Source: Octopus vulgaris
Taxonomy: Eukaryota
NCBI GenBank assembly: GCA_951406725.2
Contig: OX597823.1
Span: forward strand, 36,952,001-37,016,000
Reading direction: 5' to 3'
Length of the DNA stretch: 64,000 nucleotides
A program made the translations under genes and the position numbers. This document shows positions 56,690 through 64,000 of this stretch, one piece after another (positions within the stretch are counted from its first letter, which is position 1; every line of letters begins with the position of its first letter). The notes beneath the pieces were generated by a model. That model had not been told where the DNA came from, made no database searches, and worked only from the letters and a program-made list of their open reading frames with translations.

Positions 56690-57514
56690 TTTACACTTTT
56701 ATTGCTGTCAAAGTATTCTCCATTTGAAGCAATGCATTGATCCAGACGCGTTTCCTACTGCTCAAACCAGTGTTGGAACTCTTGGAAAGTGATGCCTTTT
56801 AACACCTCTGTCGTTTTTTCTCTTCCACATCTGCTCCTCCAGTACTGTTCTGATCTCGTCAACAAAATTCATATGTTTTCCGTCCAAATGATTTTGAAGA
56901 CTGCGGAATAAATGATAATCAGACGGGGCGAATATGGTGCATCGCTTCCCTAACTGCTTTGGAGTGTCATCTTCGTTGCCTGTGGCCGGGCATTATCCTG
57001 ATGGAAGAACACTTTTCGTCTTGGAACCAAAGATGGTTGCTTTTCTCCTTGCGCTGACTTGAATGACTGGTTGAATGACAAAATCCAAGCTTCTCTGATA
57101 GTTCCTCGACAGTTACGATGGGATTTTGTTCCACCAGGTTTTGCAGGACGTCCTCTTTCGGGAAGAGGCTCGTCTTCTAGGCTGTAGTTTCCGGCTCAGA
57201 GTTTCCGGAACCACTGTTGACACTGACTTACGCCTATTGTCAGATTCCTATATGCTGCATTAATATTCCTCGCACTTACCGTTGCGTTGTTGCCTTTATT
57301 GAACTCATTAAGCAAAATATGCTGAATATGGTCCTTTGTTGCATCCATTATAGCTTTGAAAAAATAACTGTTAAAATCGAACTACACTCTTCAAAACTTG
57401 CACTAAGAATAAATACAAGGTAAAATTACCACCTGCTTTTATAGCAAGTTGATGCAGGTAGTTTATCCTGTCCCTCTCCGACTTTGAAAAAAACGCATTA
57501 TTTATGGGATGACC

Positions 57515-57518
<4 letters not shown>
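56690..57518 (-). mobile_element. Mariner, internally deleted (related to 33718-34465)
   Basis: TIR-like ttgggtcatcccataaataatgcg; minus strand FHQDNARP, SDYHLFRSLQNH, HILLNEFNKGNNAT. Confidence 0.85.
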
Positions 57519-57565
<47 letters not shown>

Positions 57566-58236
57566 CATATACATATAAGTATATATGGATCCAGCATGGC
57601 CACAGCTCATGAGCTGAAACTGGAAAAATCAAAAAATCAAAATCAAAATATATACATGCATGTTTGTATATGTATATGTATACATATATTCACACACACG
57701 TATCATATGTAATACATGTATATACACATATTTATGCATGTATAATAGAAAGAAGTGTGTGTATATAAGTACTCAATGCACAATGTATAGTTTCATGTAA
57801 CCGATGATTTAAGTGACTCACTCATCTGAGTAATCTTTAACTTGGAATATCATTTACTGTTTAAGAAACTTGAAATTTAAAACGTGTGTATGTGTGTATG
57901 TGTGCGTGCGAGCATATGAGTGTGTGTGCTTATGTGTGCCTGCGAGTGTATGCGTGTGTGCATGTGAGTGTGGCATGTGAGTGTGGCATGTGAGTGTGTA
58001 AATGTATTTATGTGTGTGCGTGCGGGTGTGTTTGTGTGTGTGTACACGCTCGCGCGATCGCGAGTGTGTATTTGTGTTTTTGTGTTTGCGTGCGTGCAAC
58101 TACGTGTGTATGTGTGTGTGCGTAAGGTGGTAGTTGAGTGTTACAACATACTGAATGTCTTCCGGTGAGTGCCGTGTAAGACCCTATGTTATGAGTGACG
58201 TCATAACTTCATACCATACTGTTTCACTGCTCCCAT

Positions 58237-58353
58237 AACCCTGCTGGAAACATATATCCCAAACAGCAATCCTTTATCCACGACCACCGCCACCAACCCT
58301 GCTGGAAACATATATCCCAAACAGCAATCCTTTATCCACGACCACCGCCACCA
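58237..58353. repeat. Perfect 58-bp tandem duplication
   Basis: aaccctgctggaaacatatatcccaaacagcaatcctttatccacgaccaccgccacc at 58237 and 58295. Confidence 0.95.
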
Positions 58354-58799
58354 GCACACCACAACGGGAGTTACTGCCTTCGCCGCCACTATTTCCATGA
58401 AGAGCACCTACAGATTTCCAAGTAATGAAAACGTCTGGTTTTATTAATTTAAGAGTAAACAAAAATAAATTTTGTCTTTGGACAGCAGCAAGTGATAAGT
58501 ATAGAGAAACGCGATGATGTGATTTTCAGAGAAGCAGAAGCTGAATCAATTTTGTAGGGGGATTTTCCTCCAGAAATGTCTGGTTGCGACCTTTAATTAA
58601 AGTTAATTGCATCGTAAACCTTTCATGATCCTCTTTAACTATATCAGAGATAAAGTTACAGAGGAACAATAAAAACAATAAATAAAAATATAAAACATAA
58701 GAATAAATAAATAAATAAATAAGAGCAGACGCGAAATAGTTAAAGAGGTAAACAAGAAGTATCTTGGCGGATGTTTATGGATGAAGGCTGCGTTAAAAG

Positions 58800-59131
58800 A
58801 AGATAAAAGTGAGTCGGTGTTGGTAGTGGAGAGGCTGCTAGTGACGATGGTGATGGTGGCAAGGGAAAGTGGAGTAGTGACAATGATGATGATGATGATG
58901 ATGATGATGATGGTGGTGGTGTTGAAGATGATGATGGTGGTGGTGAAAGTGGTGGGTAAAACAGTAAAGATGGTGACGATTTGGGGGTTAATGGTGGTGG
59001 TGGTGGCTGTGGTGTTGGTCTTGAAGGTGAAGATTATGATGAAGATGGAGATGATAACGATAGATGATAATGATGATGATGATGGTCGTGGTAGCGATGT
59101 TAGTGAATGCTATGGTAGTATTGATGATAAT

Positions 59132-59162
<31 letters not shown>

Positions 59163-59263
59163 ATGACGATGATGGATCAACGACCAGATGATAAAATTTG
59201 AATATCACAATAAATAGGAAGCCACTGAGCAAGTAGGGAAGATCCTGTTGCCGAAAGGTAACC

Positions 59264-59302
<39 letters not shown>

Positions 59303-59351
59303 ACACACGTACACATGCACACACATACACACCCAGATGCACACACACACA

Positions 59352-59393
<42 letters not shown>

Positions 59394-59800
59394 CACACAC
59401 ATCACACATACACACACACAACACACACATGCACACACACTCACACAACGTACACACACACACACAGCACATACATACACAGACTCAAACTATTTTTCCT
59501 CTTCCTCCTCTCTCTCCCTCCCCTACCTCCACCTCGCTCTCTCTCTCTCTCTTTGCCGTCTGTTTCTGTGCCCGGCTGTCTGTCTCTGTGTCTATCTTTC
59601 TTTCTGGCTGTCCTTCCCTCCCTTCCTCTCTTTCTCTTCTCTCACACGTCTATTCTCTCTTTGTCCTTTCTCTCTCCCCCCTCTCTCTCCCTCTCTCTCT
59701 CTCTCCCTCTGCTTCTGTCTGTCTCCTGTCTCTCTCCCTCTCTTTCTCTGTCTCTCGTTCTCTTTCTCTGTCTCTCTCTCTTTCTCACTCTGTTGTTTCG
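58800..59800. repeat. Low-complexity block: (GAT/GGT)n, (CA)n, (CT)n
   Basis: Direct inspection. Confidence 0.9.
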
Positions 59801-60231
59801 TCTGTTTTACCAATAAATGCCAGCAATTGATGAAATACCGTTTGATTGTAATTCAGAAGACGATATCCATCATGACTTGTGTTTCCTGTCTGACCTTCAA
59901 ACTGCTAACGATAATAAATCTAATCCATATTAAGAGAGTTAAACAAATGAGTTAAGAGAGCCGATTCAGAGATTTCCTCCTCAGAAAAAAAAATAAATGA
60001 AACTTAACACGTTAGTAGACAAGGGGAAGGAGACAAGGGAGTGGGGGTTACTTTTAGAAACTGCCAATAGGGAAGATAATGTTAGAAGAACCGATTAATA
60101 GAGGAGCTGTTGAGCGACGTTTCTGTTGTGTAGTTTCACGTCTGCCCTATACTTATGATGAAAGGCATTCCAGCCTGTGCTATCCCATTTGTTTAACGAG
60201 TACCGTGAAATACATTATGCTGTTTGTCATT

Positions 60232-60263
<32 letters not shown>

Positions 60264-60629
60264 TTCAAGAGCCTGTGTTTTTAGAGATTTGCCTGCTGTT
60301 TTTAGCAGATCGAATGACCACATGAAGGGGCCATGGTTGGGGTATCACGGGATGAAGAGGAAACTTCGCTGGATGATGCTCTTGAATGTTTCTCAAATAA
60401 CGTCCCATTATTAATCAAAGAAGACGCTTTAGATAATGTAGTCTGAGGTAGACAATTCCTGAAAGAAAGGAAAAAAAAAAAAACGACTGCCAATTTGCTT
60501 TCATTGTTAAAACCCCTAAACTGCATGTTAAGCTACTTCTGAAATGGTAGACCGATAATCAAAGGCGTTCACTATTCTGATATTTTTCGTAAAGAAGATT
60601 ATATTGGCCAATACACCAGTTTACATTTA

Positions 60630-60798
60630 GAACAGTTAGAAGTTAGAAGGCCTGATTTAGTAGTAATAGATAAAGAGAATAGAAAGTGCCAGATAATTGA
60701 CTTTACAGTCCCAAATGATGAAAAAATCAATTTGAGAGATATAACAAAATACTAGAACCTAGCTATTGAATTACAGGCTATGGAAAACGCGGGTAAAA
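60630..60798 (+). mobile_element. R4/Dong RLE fragment
   Basis: RRPDLVVIDKENRKCQIIDFTVPND...TKY*NLAIEL. Confidence 0.75.
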
Positions 60799-62360
60799 CG
60801 TAGGGGAGACCGGGTCTAGTTGTTACACGGATAAGTTGTTACAAGCCCATTGTTTCCAACTTCAAGAAATAGGTGGCACTCGGGTCTCTACCTCGTGAAG
60901 GCCAACTCCATAGTATCATGACTGCACATGTGTATTGCTCTGGCGGGTTGTCACCGGGAAAAGTATGGCTAAAACAACGATTTTTTACTCCAAAAGTGAG
61001 ATTTTGCCACAAAGTTATTTCCTTAATTACTAAAGCACACATGGTGTTACTGAAGTAGTTTGTGGCTCATTAGGAAGTGTTGGCAGTTACCTTCGATAGA
61101 TGAAGGTGTGTCCTGGGTGCGATGCATTGCTAGTGCTGTGTACGAGGTAATCCCCAGAAATCCATGGTCGAGGCTAATTATTACCCCAGGCATGTAACAA
61201 TTACCTCTTCTATTTCAGTTTAACACGTCATACCTAGAAATTACAAAAGAAAGACTACACGGGTGATACCGCCCCTGATGTCATGGAAAGAGCCGCTAGA
61301 AAAGTTGTGGATGAAAAGAAATTATGGGATGTTGCCAAAGATTTCGAGGTAGGTTTCAGGTTCATTAGATATGAAGTAACCGGTGTCCCTTGCACTAAGC
61401 TTTCAAGATGTTAACAGAACGTCAGCTTTACCAAAAAGTAAACCTTCAACTTCGTTATATGTTCAGGTGAATTTCATGATGCTGCAGAGATACTGCAAGA
61501 AACTAAGGACAGATGGGAAAATAACCAGTGTTGGATATGCTTCTCCGCGTGCAGTTTTTACCAAGGAGCAAGAAGACTTGCTTGTGACCTACATCCTTAA
61601 AGCTGCAAAAATTTACCATGGTCTGACTCCTTTTGACATTCTAAGCCTTGCTTATGACTATGCGAAGGCCAATGAAATCAAGTGTCCAGATTCCTGGTCT
61701 GCCAATGAATGCGCTGGTGTTGACTGGTTCTCGAAGTTTATGAAGCGGAATTCCAACCTTTCCAGAAGCCACAAGTCTGAGTATGGCAACGAACTTCAAT
61801 CGAACAAGTTTTTTGATAATCTGACAGAGGTGCTTGACTGCTACAAGTTTGAGGGCCATGATATCTACAACTGTGAGGAGACTGGTGTCACAACAGTGCA
61901 ACGACCAGATTGAATTGTGGCAGAGAAAGGAGTGAAACAAGTAGGAGCGATGACTTCCACTGAGAGAGGGATCTGGTGACAGTCTGCCGTGCAGTAAATG
62001 CCAGCGGTTATGCAACACCACCAATACTAGTGTTCCCGTGTTCCCTAGAGTCCACTTCCGTGAATACTTCATTACTAATGGGCCAACAGGTTGCTGTGAA
62101 TCAGCAAATCCAAGTGGATGGATGAAGGAGGCAGATTTTCTTAAATTTCTGGAACACTTCGTGAAGTACACTCGTTGCAACAAAAAGCATCTTGTCCTGT
62201 TGCTACTTGACAACCACAGCTCCCATATCTCATTGGCTATCATTGATTTCTGCCGAGACAATGGTATTGTTCTGCTATCATTCCCCCCACACTGCTCACA
62301 TAAGCTACAGCCATTCGATCGGAGTGTCTATGGTCCTCTTAAGAAGTACGTGAATAGGTA
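60799..62360 (+). mobile_element. pogo-like DNA transposon (psq-HTH, CENP-B HTH, DDE_1), 3'-truncated, with putative intron
   Basis: Left end cgtaggggagaccgggtctagttgttaca; AGVDWFSKFMKRN, IYNCEETG, SGWM, LLLDNHSSH, PPHCSHKLQPFD. Confidence 0.9.
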
Positions 62361-62361
62361 G

Positions 62362-62835
62362 ACCAGTGCAAAGACGCAATCTCTCAACTAGAACGTTTAA
62401 ATAAAGAAACTTTTTTCATTGAAAAATACAAAACACGTCTTAATATGCACGCATAACCAACTTTTATCTTTTCACATATTTCAATTCACGATTACATCAC
62501 TGTACATAAATCCCCTACTAAACAAGGTTTTTGAAACTTGTCTCTGTCTGTACACATATAAATCCCACCCATTACCGAAAGCTGAACAGTTATCTCCCTT
62601 ACCCACAACAATAACAATAATAGCGACAACCAATCACCTCCCTTTATTTATCTACTTGTGAAGTCATTCACTCGTGAATTTCATCACACACAACATCGAC
62701 AAAATTTCTTCTTAAGAAAAAATATATATTCAAATAAGTAAAACATAATATCATGAATAGCGATAGCGAAACCGATCGATATATTAAAAATTATATTAAA
62801 ACTATGTAAGTGTGCGTATTTTACATTTTAAATTT

Positions 62836-62840
<5 letters not shown>
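62362..62840 (+). mobile_element. PLE 3' tip plus pLTR (family of 289-1340)
   Basis: ERLNKETFFIEKYKTRLN; hammerhead remnant atatc-ATGAATA-gc-gata-gc-GAAA-ccga-TC-gatat at 62748-62782. Confidence 0.8.
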
Positions 62841-62897
<57 letters not shown>

Positions 62898-62904
62898 TAT
62901 GTTT

Positions 62905-63135
62905 TAATTCTTTCAGTCATTAGATTGCAGTCATGTTGGCGTACCGCCATGAAGAATTTCTAATCGAATGAATCGACTCCAGTACGTTTTTATTTAATCC
63001 TAGTACTTATTCTATCGGTGTTTTTTGACTTACCGCTGGGTTGTGCGGACATAATCACACCAATACAACGGCACACACGCGCGCGCATATACGACGAGTT
63101 TCTTTCTATTTCCGTCCACCAAATCCATTCACAAA
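62905..63135 (-). mobile_element. SINE family B, degenerate
   Basis: tttcagtcattagattgcag...tagtacttattctatcgg...tccaccaaatccattcacaa. Confidence 0.75.
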
Positions 63136-63865
63136 CCTTTCGTACGAAATTGAAATAAGATTTATCATTTTTCTGAAATCAGATATAGTTCCATTCCTCT
63201 ACAGGTTCGTATACACTTACAATAAAAAGGGTTTCTCACTCTTTCCGTAGAACCTCAGTTACCCCTCTCCCACCTTCAGAATCTTTATTCACACCGGTAG
63301 ATCCGACTCATTCGAACAGCAAACAATAGCAACTAAAACAAGACCGGAAAAGGAAGAAACAAAAACAGGCACCGTAAAAGTTTATAATTTTATTTGTCTA
63401 CTTCAGATTTTTCTGCTTCATGAAAAAAAGGAGAGAAAGAAAGAAAGAAAGAAAAAGATGGCTGAAATCGTTAGAGCTGGTCTCATTGCAGTCAGTATAG
63501 TTCGGATTGTATGAAACTAAAGTAAATATTTCCTATGTCGTTATGAATTCCCGGTCGTAAAACACTTGTTTTAACCCCGTACACTCGTTTCCTATAAGTG
63601 TCTTGTGTAATGGACGTGTGATTTGCATGCTTGCATGGAGGTGTGTGTGCACCTATGTACGTAGGTAGGAATGTATGTGTATATTTTTGTGTGCGCGTAT
63701 ATGTATATGTTTGTATATGTGTGTTTGCGTTTGGTTTGTTACCTAAAGAAAAAGCTAAGCCAAACGGAGTGGAAAGTGGGGACCGATTCGTCAACATATG
63801 GCTGTTCGTATTTCCTAAATGATGTTACACCATGCATAACTAAATACATACCCTTTAATTACTTA

Positions 63866-63934
<69 letters not shown>

Positions 63935-64000
63935 CGCACACTCATACAAACAAGCACATAACTTTCCTTGGAAGACTATTGCTTTTGGCAAATATCTCAT

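Noticed and set aside
58781-59955. 136-aa and 235-aa ORFs
   Set aside because: Low-complexity trinucleotide and dinucleotide repeats.
61641-62261. 206-aa minus-strand ORF
   Set aside because: Antisense shadow of the pogo-like transposase.

Overview
Eukaryotic, AT-rich and very repeat-dense DNA with no confidently identifiable host gene. The SINE families and the density of (TA)n/(CA)n/(TATG)n/(AAT)n microsatellites resemble an octopus (coleoid cephalopod) genome; this is recalled, not searched. Almost all ORF-track proteins are microsatellite artefacts. The real coding remnants are transposons: at least 8 Penelope-like element (PLE) coding fragments from about 4 families (GIY-YIG; two Naiad-like), several R4/Dong-type RLE LINEs inserted in (AAT)n, CR1-group and RTE LINE ends, three mariner pieces, two Tc1 copies, a MULE, a Tigger-like MITE, a foldback element, and a pogo/psq transposase with an apparent GT-AG intron. 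About 25 tRNA-derived SINE copies and a 9x64-bp minisatellite are also present. The most striking pattern is a series of minimal hammerhead-ribozyme motifs at PLE ends. Many of them sit in snap-back palindromes, including an 86-bp perfect palindrome with back-to-back hammerhead cores. A 1.4-kb decayed coding-like segment (5740-7165) remains unassigned. Most TE boundaries are approximate.
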